63,300 nucleotides of DNA, filler included, from Parachlamydiales bacterium (GCA_020051075.1; 6 parts of 6 records of this genome joined end to end with filler, not necessarily neighbours in it); one strand, 5' to 3'; shown: positions 20,707-30,959, counted from the whole stretch's first letter. Numbers and translations are program-made. Notes: generated by a model from the letters alone, not told the origin.

Positions 20707-23700
20707 TTGATGATGAAGCTCTTCTCAACAAAAAAAAAGATCTGTTTACTGGGGATGTTATGCACGGTATTGTGCTTTGCCGTCTTCTATCAAACAGTGA
20801 TTTCAACAGTGGCTGCTTGGTCATTCCAGCTCTATGCAACTTCACAGTGGGGGAAGCCTTTTAGCTATAAAGAGGCTTATCTGAAGGAATCTATGTTGGT
20901 CATCGTAGAGCCAAACTATGACAATCACCTCTCTTTTTCTGCTCGGTCGTTAATTTTGGATTTTAATTTCAATTGGAGCCAATATCGTCTTGATATTGCT
21001 GTCGAAGTTGATGAGCCAAGATTTCGTTTGCTTTCTCCTCTCAATCCCCAAAGAGAATTGAAGGATTTTTTTTCGCAAGATAGAAAATGGTTCAGAGCCC
21101 ACCCAAGGTTTCATGTTCAGAAAGGGCTTTTAAGCTGGTGTTTAACCGATCAGATCAAGCGTCAGATCAGCTTCGATTTTGATGGCGGTAGTGATGATGG
21201 GGGAGTGTTGACACTCTATTTTGATCCTGAGAACGTTGAGGCGAACTACCTGCAAATTCTAGCTGCCAGAAGTGCTGAAGGAAAGAAAATTCGATATCGA
21301 AGCGTTCAAACATCATTTCAATCTCTTAGTTCGTTTATTGAACTTTTTGGCTTTCATCCAGAGTCGCTGTCTGTTGATTCAGGCATTCTAGACGGTGAAG
21401 TCGCAGCTGTTTTCCCAAAAAAGGGAAGGCCCTATTTAGAAGCTAATCTCAGCTTTGATGATATCGTATGTCGATATTCTTCAGAACGGTCGACTTTTAG
21501 AGGGGTACTTCCTCAAATTCAACTGAATCTTCGACACAATCCTTCATACCGGCATCTAGTTGAAATTGACCATCTGGACTGCGCCAAAGCCCCGGAGTTG
21601 AACGATCGTAAATCACCCAATATTAATTCAATATGGGGTGATTTACGATCGTTCAACCCCGGGAGCTTTCGCGCAAGTCCAGATGGCCAATTTCAACTAG
21701 ATGCCGGTATAGCCGAGCAAAATAGAGATCTCCGTTTTCCTGTTATTGGAGAACTTGAACTCGTTTCTCATGGGACAATGACCTTATCTTCCAATTCTCA
21801 AAACTGGCAGCTCGAAGAAATCGCAGGACTGATTAAATTAGATGAAGATGAAACGATTCATATCGATTTATCTGCAAATCATCGTGAGGAAGAAGTGAAT
21901 AAACGGTGGGTTTTAGAAGGTCTTGCCAATTTAAGCAACTATAGCTCTATGCATTTTGATGGTTTCTTGCGTTGTTCTCACTCCCCTTCTTTCGAAAGCC
22001 AATCTCATTTTCATCTTCACCAGCTTTCAGATGGCGTCAAACATCTAGATATAAAACTGCATAAACTTAATCCTATCGAAAGCAAATTTTTACAAACGAT
22101 TTTTGCTCATTTTTACCCTGTTTTAAATGAATTTTCAATCGCTAAGGGGATGATTGATGCTCATATTGAAGCTGACTTTAAAGAGTCTTATAGAGACCAC
22201 ACCCTGAATTTCACTTATGAATTAAAAAATCTGTTTTTTGAGAATGATGATCTATGGGTCGAAATGAAAGAAGGTGAAGGTTCATCTGCTGATGCGCGTC
22301 AAGGATTTCATGAGATTGACATGACCACTTATTCAAATCATGGAACTTTACCCATTTTCCATGGTTCATATTTGATCAAGTCAAATGGTTTATTGTTTGA
22401 AGAGGTTCATGGATTGGTGAACTTTGAGGAAAATACAATTTCTATTGAACCGTTAGAAGGATATTGCTTAGAGACATACTTTTCAGGGGGGCTTGCATTC
22501 GATTACAAAGACCCGGCTCCAGGTGTGTTCAACCTTTCCATTCATCTTCCTACTCTGTCAGGTAAACTGTCTCAAATTCAGCGCTTTTTCGAGTATTTTC
22601 ATCAAGGGTCTCTATTCAATCAAATTCCTTTCGAAAGTATAGTGACAGCAAGAAATAAGGGGATAACCCTTGATTTTTCTTTCTTGCCAGAAGACTATAC
22701 TTTACAAGCGGACATCCAAGGATCAATTGTAGACGGGTATTCTTCATTTGAAAATAGCGACATCTCTTTAAAGGGGGTGTATGCAGATTTCGACTACCAA
22801 CACCGCAACGAGACGCTTGAATTCACAGATATTCAAGGGACTCTGCTTGTTGGAAAGCCGCGCCGCGTTGAAGAATATCTATTTGTCGGCGACCATCTTC
22901 GTTTTGAACATCTGAATGATCCAGATGTCTATCTTGATGTCGCTGTGCAGGATGGGAATGATGAGTTATTGCGGATTGCAGGGAGGTCGTCAGATGCTGA
23001 TACAACAGGTTTGAAGAGGCTTCACTTAAATCCAGGATTCACACATTTTAGCTGTATATATCCTCAAGAGTGGCAATGTACCTTTAAAAATTGGAGTTCT
23101 ATTGAAACGCTCCATTTTCTTTCCCGCTTTGACCTTCAAACTCTCATAAAAGATCTTCACCGTTTTCGCTGTCCAGGATTTCTTTTTTTGACCCCTGCGC
23201 TATTAGAACAGTTGTCTAAAGAGTCATTAATCGATGGCGAGGGGACGATGATATTGGGGTATGAGCCACTAGATCATCACTTCAGCTATCACCTCGAGGC
23301 AGTGCGGAGCGGTAACAAATATGAAAGCAAGCCATTTGCAAAACTAAGTGGTCGGAAACTTGAAAAAAAATGGCTGGTTGACCAACTGCAATGGAATGAT
23401 TGGACTGCTTATGCGGAGCTACAGCATGAAGCAGATAAGTGGAAAATCCCTTTCCTCGGATTAAATGGAGGGGAAGACTTCCTGATAGGATTAGAAGGGG
23501 AATTCCTCCCCGATGAAGGGCTTCTCTACGCTAAGTTGAATCTTTGCAAGATTGACTTATCAGGTTTGAGGCGGTGGGAGTGTTTAAACGATTTTGTTGA
23601 TCGATGGATACCTGAAGGGCATCTGCGAATGAGTGGGCAGATGGAATGCAATCTGTCAAAAGGAAATTTTACTGATGGGTTTGCCGGCCATTTTCAAGCA

Positions 23701-25104
23701 GAAACCGCTGGCTTATCGATAAAAGGATCTCCGATTGTGCTAGGAGCTCCATTTCAATTTGATGTTAAGCATGATGAGTCTAATTTAACATTTCACATGA
23801 ATTTACAACCTGGTTTATATAAGTTTAATACTCATGAATTTGACATCAGCAATTTCAATCTTCTCATTGCTGATGGGGAAATGAATTTTTCTCTGCAAAC
23901 AGAAGATCAACGGCATCCCTTTAGTGTCAAGGGATCTGTTCCCTGGCCCTCATGCCATCCAATGACCCTGACCCTTGTCGACAACTCCGTTGGCTATCTA
24001 CAGTCTTATTTTCAGCCCCTTCAGATCATATGGGGAAAAAATCAACAAGGGAATTTTTCCATCCAATCTTTGCGTGGAGCTTTTGGAGGCTGTCTTTTTA
24101 ATTTAAAAGAAGATAAAGATGTGCTTGTTATAGGAGAGAGGGGGGAACCCTCCCGTCGCTGCACATCTTTAGTCGGAGATATTTCTGTTGATTTCCATCG
24201 ACTGACCCCATTGCTAAACCCATCTACAGCTGAGATCATACAAAATCTGCAAATAGAGTCTATTTATACCTTTAAAGGGAGGTTATCTTTAGTTGAAGAA
24301 ATGACTGCATCCTTCTTAGATTCGATCTATTTCAATGGAGAACTCTCTTGTGAAAAACCCATTATAAGAGGGGTTCAATTTGAAACATTGCAGGGTCAAT
24401 TTCAATATCGCCCCCAAAGATTCGATCTACAAGACTTGAAAATAGATGACGCAGCTTGCCGTATTCATGTAGATACACTATCCGTCATGCGAGACTCAGT
24501 CAGCCCGGATTGGAGATTTTTTATTCCTAATATTCATGTCAAGAACCTCCGCCCCAGTGCAGTCCGGGAGGTTGAGTCTGATCATGTTCTGGAGTCTGCA
24601 AAATGGCAGTCGCTTGTTGTTAAACGTTTTGAACTCACAGATTTCAGTGGAGATTGCCATAACGTCGCTTCTTGGCAAGGAAAAGGCAATATGCATTTTA
24701 TCAACCCTGTGAAAAAGAATTTTAACCACCCCCTCTTTGCCATTCCTGCCGAAATCGTCATGCGGTTAGGCCTTGACCCTAAGGTGATGAATCCTGTGAC
24801 TGGAACCATCTACTTTGATTTAAGGGGCGACCGCTTCTACCTCAATCGATTCAAAGATGTTTATAGTGAAGGAAGAGGGTCTAAATTTATCCTCGCTGAA
24901 GGGAATACTTCTTGGATGGACTTCGATGGCAATTTATTTGTGCGAATTAAAATGAAGCAATATAACCTTTTTTTCAAAATTACTGAGTTGTTTACCGTGT
25001 TAGTCCAAGGCAATATTAAAAAACCTCAGTATCAGCTGCTGCAAGGCGATCGTTTACCATCCAGAAAATGGGGTAAAAAGTCCTCTCAATACGCTTCAGA
25101 ATGA
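20707..25104 (+). CDS. Large membrane-anchored beta-rich protein (AsmA/TamB-like), carrying an in-frame palindromic insertion
   Basis: 1465 aa with an N-terminal TM anchor, alternating beta-strand pattern and C-terminal VQGNIKKPQY resembling AsmA-like C-termini. Confidence 0.7.
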   Translation: MMMKLFSTKKKICLLGMLCTVLCFAVFYQTVISTVAAWSFQLYATSQWGKPFSYKEAYLKESMLVIVEPNYDNHLSFSARSLILDFNFNWSQYRLDIAVEVDEPRFRLLSPLNPQRELKDFFSQDRKWFRAHPRFHVQKGLLSWCLTDQIKRQISFDFDGGSDDGGVLTLYFDPENVEANYLQILAARSAEGKKIRYRSVQTSFQSLSSFIELFGFHPESLSVDSGILDGEVAAVFPKKGRPYLEANLSFDDIVCRYSSERSTFRGVLPQIQLNLRHNPSYRHLVEIDHLDCAKAPELNDRKSPNINSIWGDLRSFNPGSFRASPDGQFQLDAGIAEQNRDLRFPVIGELELVSHGTMTLSSNSQNWQLEEIAGLIKLDEDETIHIDLSANHREEEVNKRWVLEGLANLSNYSSMHFDGFLRCSHSPSFESQSHFHLHQLSDGVKHLDIKLHKLNPIESKFLQTIFAHFYPVLNEFSIAKGMIDAHIEADFKESYRDHTLNFTYELKNLFFENDDLWVEMKEGEGSSADARQGFHEIDMTTYSNHGTLPIFHGSYLIKSNGLLFEEVHGLVNFEENTISIEPLEGYCLETYFSGGLAFDYKDPAPGVFNLSIHLPTLSGKLSQIQRFFEYFHQGSLFNQIPFESIVTARNKGITLDFSFLPEDYTLQADIQGSIVDGYSSFENSDISLKGVYADFDYQHRNETLEFTDIQGTLLVGKPRRVEEYLFVGDHLRFEHLNDPDVYLDVAVQDGNDELLRIAGRSSDADTTGLKRLHLNPGFTHFSCIYPQEWQCTFKNWSSIETLHFLSRFDLQTLIKDLHRFRCPGFLFLTPALLEQLSKESLIDGEGTMILGYEPLDHHFSYHLEAVRSGNKYESKPFAKLSGRKLEKKWLVDQLQWNDWTAYAELQHEADKWKIPFLGLNGGEDFLIGLEGEFLPDEGLLYAKLNLCKIDLSGLRRWECLNDFVDRWIPEGHLRMSGQMECNLSKGNFTDGFAGHFQAETAGLSIKGSPIVLGAPFQFDVKHDESNLTFHMNLQPGLYKFNTHEFDISNFNLLIADGEMNFSLQTEDQRHPFSVKGSVPWPSCHPMTLTLVDNSVGYLQSYFQPLQIIWGKNQQGNFSIQSLRGAFGGCLFNLKEDKDVLVIGERGEPSRRCTSLVGDISVDFHRLTPLLNPSTAEIIQNLQIESIYTFKGRLSLVEEMTASFLDSIYFNGELSCEKPIIRGVQFETLQGQFQYRPQRFDLQDLKIDDAACRIHVDTLSVMRDSVSPDWRFFIPNIHVKNLRPSAVREVESDHVLESAKWQSLVVKRFELTDFSGDCHNVASWQGKGNMHFINPVKKNFNHPLFAIPAEIVMRLGLDPKVMNPVTGTIYFDLRGDRFYLNRFKDVYSEGRGSKFILAEGNTSWMDFDGNLFVRIKMKQYNLFFKITELFTVLVQGNIKKPQYQLLQGDRLPSRKWGKKSSQYASE
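21547..21711. mobile_element. 165-bp palindromic MITE-like element inserted in frame (55 codons)
   Basis: ATACCGGCATCTAGTTGAAATTG (21546-21568) pairs perfectly with CAATTTCAACTAGATGCCGGTAT (21688-21710). Inner arms GTTGAACGATCGTAAATCACCC / GGGTGATTTACGATCGTTCAAC are also perfect. Confidence 0.85.
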
Positions 25105-25116
25105 CTTGTTTCAGCG

Positions 25117-25490
25117 AACAAGATATGCAGAATCGTGACTTCCCAAAACAAAAAAACAGGATATGCAGGATCGCAAGCGGCAGGATAAGCATGATGATAA
25201 GCAAGTTCTCGCAAAAATGACAAAATAAAAAAATTTATCCTCTCTATCCCATACGCAGGCTAACATATGTTTCTTCTCGAAATTGCTAGAGTACAATTGA
25301 AACACAGAGTCACAGAGGTCACGGAGAGAAGGATATATTTTTTCCTCTCTGTGTTCTCTGTGCCTCTGTGTTTCTATTACTCCAAGTGCGCATTCCAGAT
25401 TTTTTATAGTAAATATATAGTCATTTATAAGAGTTGAAGATCTATCCTGCCGCTTGCGATCCTGCTTATCCTGTTTTTTGTCCTGTGCAG
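25117..25490. repeat. CAGGATAGG-family variant foldback with a nested CACAGAG/CTCTGTG hairpin
   Basis: GCAGGATCGCAAGCGGCAGGATA (~25165-25187) is inverted at ~25443-25465. Internal AAACACAGAGTCACAGAG...CTCTGTGCCTCTGTGTTT spans ~25300-25373. Confidence 0.85.
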
Positions 25491-25560
25491 TTGCGATTGG
25501 TTAGACTTGTTTTAAATTCTTTTTCTTGTCACAATGTTCCTTGGTTTTATTTAAGGATAA

Positions 25561-26532
25561 TTGTATATGAATAAATTCTTGTCAAAGCGTTCCCTCTATC
25601 TACTATGTATTGCTTTAGTGCTCTTTGGAGTCGCCCGACTTTATTACCGGCTGACAGATGACTTCCGTTTTGGAAACATCGACTATGAACTCCCTTTTGA
25701 ATCACAATGGCAGCTGCCCCCGCTCAATCCTGAGGAGCAGCAGCAGCTGGCTGCTATTCTCGATCAGAAATTCTCTTATCTTGGCAAAGGGGCACAATGC
25801 TATGCTTTTGTTAGTGAAGATGGATTATATGTATTGAAATTTTTTAAGTTCAAACATCTTAAACCCCACTTTCTTGTTGATTTACTCCCTTCTATCCCTC
25901 CGTTAAAACAGTTTAAGGAAAGCACCGCAGAGAGGAAACAGCGGAAACTCATGAGCGTTTTTGACGGCTATGATTTAGCTTATCGGGAAAATCGAGAGGA
26001 TTCCGAGCTGCTCTACCTCCACCTGGTTCCCTCAGAGAATTTGCATAAAAAAGTGACTGTAGTGGATAAGATCGGGTTAAAACTGTCGATCAACTTAGAC
26101 GATGTTGTTTTCTTAGTGCAGCGCAAAGGGGAAACGTTGCGGACCCGCCTGCAGCGTTTATTGAATGAAGATAATATTCAAGAGGCGGAGAAATCTATTG
26201 CAGGCATTCTCGAGATGTATATCGGAGAATATCGCAAAGGCATCTATGACCGCGATCATGGGGTCATGCATAATACTGGCTTTGTTGGGGATCGCCCTTT
26301 TCACTTAGATGTAGGGAAACTCTCCAAAGAAGATCAGATGAAGCAAGTTGATGTCCATAAGAAAGATCTTGAACATGTGATCTGGAAGATTGATGTCTGG
26401 GTTAAAGCGAATTATCCGCAGCATTACCAGACGCTGTCAACATTCCTGACTGAAGAGTATCGCCGTTTTACTGGGGAAACTTATGATGTTGCCGCAGTCG
26501 ATCCAGCCCGCTTCAAGAAAAGGCGCCATTAA
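25561..26532 (+). CDS. Membrane-anchored hypothetical protein with kinase-like motifs
   Basis: N-terminal TM; YLGKGAQCYAF (Gly loop), YVLKFFK, DRD...HNTG, HLDVG. Confidence 0.7.
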   Translation: MYMNKFLSKRSLYLLCIALVLFGVARLYYRLTDDFRFGNIDYELPFESQWQLPPLNPEEQQQLAAILDQKFSYLGKGAQCYAFVSEDGLYVLKFFKFKHLKPHFLVDLLPSIPPLKQFKESTAERKQRKLMSVFDGYDLAYRENREDSELLYLHLVPSENLHKKVTVVDKIGLKLSINLDDVVFLVQRKGETLRTRLQRLLNEDNIQEAEKSIAGILEMYIGEYRKGIYDRDHGVMHNTGFVGDRPFHLDVGKLSKEDQMKQVDVHKKDLEHVIWKIDVWVKANYPQHYQTLSTFLTEEYRRFTGETYDVAAVDPARFKKRRH

Positions 26533-26549
26533 GATTTAGGATAGCAGGG

Positions 26550-27281
26550 ATGAAGGGGCTTTGGCAACGTCTTAAGGAGTCGGTTGTTCATCTCTGCTTT
26601 CCAACAAAGTGCCTCTATTGTGAGGAACGGCTCCCTCCTACTGACTTAGTGTTGTGCAGCAGTTGTGCTTCCTTATTAGAGTTGATCGACGTGTCAGAAC
26701 GGTGTTCAACCTGTTTTAACCCACTTCCAAATCCGCATCGCTTGATTTGTCAGAGGTGTTCGCACTACCCTTCCCATTATTTCAGAATCGGAGCCGCCTT
26801 CAACTACGAACACCTCCCATCAGCTCTTGTGAAGCAATTGAAGTATGGCAACCATCCCGCTCTGTCTAAAGGGATGGCCGCCTTTTTGGTTGCGCAATTG
26901 CACCGTCTCAATTGGCCTTTGCCCGATGCCATTGTGCCTGTGCCGATGTCATTTATCCGTAGACTTGATAGAGGCTATAATCAGAGTCTTCTGTTAGCGC
27001 AAGAGATGGGGAAAATGCTAAACCGACCTGTCTGGGAGCTGTTGAAGCGACGCAGCGGCGATTTCAGTCAGGCAGCATTAAATTTTGAGCAGCGCAGCAA
27101 GTTGGAGGGCCATAGCTTTAAACTTCGGCAAAGCCCTTCAATTCAAGACAAGGTTCTATTAGTGGTGGACGATGTCATGACGACAGGATCGACCCTGGAA
27201 CGCTGCGCTGAGGTTCTGCGTGAAGGGTCGCCTTCAACACTTTATGCCCTCACCTTTTGCCGTACTCTGCTTAATGATTAA
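26550..27281 (+). CDS. comF: ComF-family amidophosphoribosyltransferase-like protein
   Basis: Double Zn-finger CxxC motifs, LKY, IVPVP, RGYNQS, LVVDDVMTTGST. Confidence 0.9.
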   Translation: MKGLWQRLKESVVHLCFPTKCLYCEERLPPTDLVLCSSCASLLELIDVSERCSTCFNPLPNPHRLICQRCSHYPSHYFRIGAAFNYEHLPSALVKQLKYGNHPALSKGMAAFLVAQLHRLNWPLPDAIVPVPMSFIRRLDRGYNQSLLLAQEMGKMLNRPVWELLKRRSGDFSQAALNFEQRSKLEGHSFKLRQSPSIQDKVLLVVDDVMTTGSTLERCAEVLREGSPSTLYALTFCRTLLND

Positions 27282-27287
27282 CACCCT

Positions 27288-27425
27288 CGCAAGATCGGAA
27301 CTTCCCAGCATAGAAAAACAGGATAGGCAAGATCGCTTCGCGGCAAGATAGGCAGGATATAATAGCTTTCCCATTGAATAAAATGTTTCCGCATCCTTTT
27401 TATCCTCCCCATCTTGTCAATTTCC
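27288..27425. repeat. CAGGATAGG-family element (partial copy)
   Basis: CAGGATAGGCAAGATCGCTTCGCGGCAAGATAGGCAGGATA at ~27319-27359. Confidence 0.85.
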
Positions 27426-27478
27426 TAGCCATTATATATCGATTTATGATAAGTTGATATAAAAAGCGGGTTTATACC

Positions 27479-27778
27479 TTGATTGTTTCGTTTGCCGACC
27501 AAGAAACCGAAGATATTTACCACGGAGCTTTCTCAAAAAAGGGGCGACGAAGGCTTCTGGTGACTTTGTGGGAAAAGGCTCAAACTAAGCTCGATATGAT
27601 TGATAAGGCTAAGCGGTTAGAGGATTTAAAGGTGCCACCTAATAATAGACTGGAGAAACTTACAGGGGATCTCTCAGGTCACTTTAGCATCCGAATTAAT
27701 GATCAATACAGGATTGTTTTTGAGTGGGAAAAAGAATCATCGATCGCACGAAATGTAAAAATTATAGATTACCATTAG
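27479..27778 (+). CDS. higB: HigB-family toxin (RelE fold)
   Basis: IVSFADQETE, DLKVPPNNRLEKLTGD, FSIRINDQYRIVFEW, IIDYH. Confidence 0.93.
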   Translation: MIVSFADQETEDIYHGAFSKKGRRRLLVTLWEKAQTKLDMIDKAKRLEDLKVPPNNRLEKLTGDLSGHFSIRINDQYRIVFEWEKESSIARNVKIIDYH

Positions 27779-27787
27779 GATAAATTT

Positions 27788-28073
27788 ATGCTTCCTAAAT
27801 ACAGAAAGCCAACACTTCCAGGCAAAATACTATTAGAGGAATTTCTCATTCCTCTTGGCATTTCTCAGTCAGATTTTGTGAGACATCTTGACGGTTCCTG
27901 GTCCCAGCCTAAGCTAAGTGCAATTATCAACGGGAAGAGGTCCATTACGGAAGAAATAGCCCTTGATTTTGCCGATGCGTTGGGAACGTCACCAGAGTTT
28001 TGGATGGGGCTGCAGACAGACATACATTTGTGGGAAGCTGCCCAAAAACACAAAAAAATTCCTCTCATCTCTA
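27788..28073 (+). CDS. higA: HigA-family antitoxin (HTH); last codons cut by the contig end
   Basis: PGKILLEEFL, IINGKRSITEEIAL, LGTSPEFWMGLQ; downstream of higB. Confidence 0.92.
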
Positions 28074-28173
28074 NNNNNNNNNNNNNNNNNNNNNNNNNNN
28101 NNNNNNNNNNNNNNNNNTTAATTAATTAANNNNNNNNNNNNNNNNNNNNNNNNNNNNNNNNNNNNNNNNNNNN
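28074..28173. other. Artificial contig linker
   Basis: N-run with central TTAATTAATTAA (stops in all frames). Confidence 0.99.
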
Positions 28174-28332
28174 CGTGCCCGTGCACGGGCAGGGGCACGA
28201 TACGGACTTCTGCAATTACCACACAAGGTCCACCTTAGGTTCTTTAAATGGGCTTTTTTCTTGTAACTAATATTCATCCTATGATTAAATGAGTTTTAAT
28301 TTTTACGCTATTAAGCTTTTTATAGGATTAAT

Positions 28333-28740
28333 ATGACAAGTGCAATACAAGGGGCAACAACAGCAGTTTCAGAGATAGCTGCCGGAGGGTGCGCACAGTT
28401 TTTTCTTCGCTGGAAAGGACGCGGCATCCAGCTCCTGACACATCTCTCCATTGAGATGCACCGGAAGCCTCTCAAAGCCCTGTTTGTCGTTGTGAGTGCA
28501 AATGCGCTGTTCTATGTTCTTGTCTCTCATCAACTAGTCCGTTCCCTTGATCATCGTTTCAATCCATCTGAAGAACCAGACGACCACAGTTTCAGACATG
28601 TCGCTGTGATCGGACCGTTAACAATCATCTTTAATATCGCTTTTGCTAAGCTGACACAATACCAGCTCAGCCGAATTACTTTATTGATGATTACCACTGC
28701 GATTATTTCTCTTCGTATGTTATACATGCGTCGTCAATAA
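28333..28740 (+). CDS. Inc-like membrane protein, WxGRxI paralog family member 1
   Basis: 135 aa with several hydrophobic segments; aligns by eye with the 28866 and 35801 ORFs. Confidence 0.75.
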   Translation: MTSAIQGATTAVSEIAAGGCAQFFLRWKGRGIQLLTHLSIEMHRKPLKALFVVVSANALFYVLVSHQLVRSLDHRFNPSEEPDDHSFRHVAVIGPLTIIFNIAFAKLTQYQLSRITLLMITTAIISLRMLYMRRQ

Positions 28741-28865
28741 CAACGCCATTTACAAAACTATTATTCAATGATGATTTTTTTCTTGTAAATGAATGTATTT
28801 ATGTGTATAAATCTATATTTAATTGTTAATTTTACAATATTATATTTTATTTTTAGAGGTTTGAA

Positions 28866-30656
28866 ATGTCTGGTGCAATACAAAATTTAGTTGATACTAT
28901 TTCAGGGATAAATCGTGGAACGTTAGTTCAATGGGGGACTCAATGGAAAGGACGCGGAATCGAACTTCTAACGAACCTCTCAGCACGGATGCACCAGAGC
29001 CCTTTTAAAGCCTTCGCTGTCATTTTAACCGCCAACGCATTGTTCTACACACTGTTTTCCCGCGTCATCATCAACCTCTTCAATCAGCCAGGTCAGGTGG
29101 AAAGAAATCGTTTGAGAGACGTGATGGCCCTCAGTGTGTTGACACCGCTGTTTAATCTAGGTTTCTCTAAGCTTTTACAATTCCAATTGAGCCGCACCGC
29201 TCTCCTCGCGATCACCTCAACAGTGATTATCCTTCGGCTCTTGTTTAAGAATGAAAGTGGTTCAACCGAAATCAGGAACACCCAACAAGGACAAAGCACA
29301 CCAGCAATTTCACCAAAGCCAACCTCAATACCAACAAAGCCAACACCAGCAATTCCACCAAATCCAATGACTTCAACAACTCCTACAAAGTCTACAGTCG
29401 AACCCTTAACTTCACTGTCTTTTAATTTCTCAGATCCTGATGCCCAAGCTCTTAAGTCTTTTGGTTTCACAGAAGATCAATTGACAACTCTCTTTGAAGC
29501 TGTGAATGCGGAGGAAGCTAGCGGCATTGCCTATGCCTTTCATGCGTTTTGTTACGAATGTTCAATGAATCACTTTCTTTTATTCTCTCTGGATACAGAT
29601 GAGAAGAGAAACACGCTCATACAAGATATGATCACTCGCTTCAATAAAATAAAGAATGACTTTGTCGATGACTCTATTGGCGCATTTTGTCGAATCTCGG
29701 GAGACCTACGAATAAGAGAATTAAATGCCAATTATTCCTATTTAAAACGATTAAATTTTGTGAATGATCAAAATTACAACAGTCTGATAGGGATGGGCTT
29801 CAGTGAGCAGCAGTTAGCGATATTTGCTAAGACTGTGATCGGTGCTGATTGGACTGTAGAGGGCACTGCACTTTTCAACTGGCTAATGACGCAAGTGAGG
29901 GACCTCGGCCAAAAAGATTTATGGACACAAGAAAATAAGACCTTATTTTTAGATCATGTGATCAGCGAGTTTGCTGCAAGAGCTAAAACACGACCATCTG
30001 CGAACGGTGTAATGGCTGATCTCGAAGAAATTGTTCTAGCGGCTCAGCAGAGGCTTTCAGAGTATACAGACGATGCGTCCTCAGGAGGAATCAATCGAAA
30101 CCACCCTGCTTATCAAAGACTCTTGATTCTCGGTTTTAGTGATCGTCACCTGGTTGAACTTCACCAAGAGATAGGAGCCAATGAAGATTCAACACTAGAA
30201 GCGCTCGATGGATGGATGGGGAAATTTCCGTCTCTAAATGTCAAATCATCAATCGCGAAAATGAACCTTGCCAAAAAGGTGCGTTCGCGTAAAGAGGATG
30301 TTGATTCAGTTGGAAAACAACCTTTAGAGTTGTTGAGAGATGTTCTGGAAACTCAATTGCACAAGCATAAATTCATCGACCTCAATTATACCGAGACAGA
30401 TAACTTCTTCATCACTTTCGCTGAAGGGGCACAAATTGATTATTATACTTCATTGGAAATCATCAGCGAGTGTTTCCAAGAAGCCCATGAGCAATGCAAG
30501 GCCCTGCCCCGAGACCCACGTGCAAAAACGGCTTTTACTCGAGCTCTTGTGAGAAATTACAATATACAGAAAGGTTCTCAACAGCTTAATAAAGACGAGA
30601 TGTCTCGGTTAGTGAAAAGAATTTTTAACGAAACTCTCCCACAGTTTTCCTCTTAA
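28866..30656 (+). CDS. Inc-like protein, WxGRxI family member 2, with a Pro/Thr linker and helical C-terminal domains
   Basis: The N-terminal ~130 aa are paralogous to the 28333 ORF; PT-rich linker; repeated (L/M)GF(S/T)ExQL-type motifs. Confidence 0.8.
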   Translation: MSGAIQNLVDTISGINRGTLVQWGTQWKGRGIELLTNLSARMHQSPFKAFAVILTANALFYTLFSRVIINLFNQPGQVERNRLRDVMALSVLTPLFNLGFSKLLQFQLSRTALLAITSTVIILRLLFKNESGSTEIRNTQQGQSTPAISPKPTSIPTKPTPAIPPNPMTSTTPTKSTVEPLTSLSFNFSDPDAQALKSFGFTEDQLTTLFEAVNAEEASGIAYAFHAFCYECSMNHFLLFSLDTDEKRNTLIQDMITRFNKIKNDFVDDSIGAFCRISGDLRIRELNANYSYLKRLNFVNDQNYNSLIGMGFSEQQLAIFAKTVIGADWTVEGTALFNWLMTQVRDLGQKDLWTQENKTLFLDHVISEFAARAKTRPSANGVMADLEEIVLAAQQRLSEYTDDASSGGINRNHPAYQRLLILGFSDRHLVELHQEIGANEDSTLEALDGWMGKFPSLNVKSSIAKMNLAKKVRSRKEDVDSVGKQPLELLRDVLETQLHKHKFIDLNYTETDNFFITFAEGAQIDYYTSLEIISECFQEAHEQCKALPRDPRAKTAFTRALVRNYNIQKGSQQLNKDEMSRLVKRIFNETLPQFSS

Positions 30657-30670
30657 TGAGTTTCATCCTG

Positions 30671-30959
30671 TCATTCCTTAAGGGACAAGGGACCTAAAGG
30701 AAAGGGACAAGGGACCACAAGGACCTAAGGGACCAAAGGGACCTAAAAAGGGACGTAAGGGACAAAATACTGTACTTAAGTGACCAAACATGTGACATAT
30801 TATCTCTTGGTTTGCACCAACTTTTCTTGCCTCTAGCACCTTCGATGATTCTTAGTCAGTGAGAAAGAATTTTCTAAGTTTGAGATCTGTCCTTTACGTC
30901 CCTTTTTAGGTCCCTTTGGTCCATTAGGTCCTTGTGGTCCCTTGTCCCTTAAGGAATGA
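30671..30959. repeat. AAGGGAC-unit foldback element (MITE-like)
   Basis: TCATTCCTTAAGGGACAAGGGACC at the left end and GGTCCCTTGTCCCTTAAGGAATGA at the right end; arms ~70-95 bp, unique spacer ~120 bp. Confidence 0.9.
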
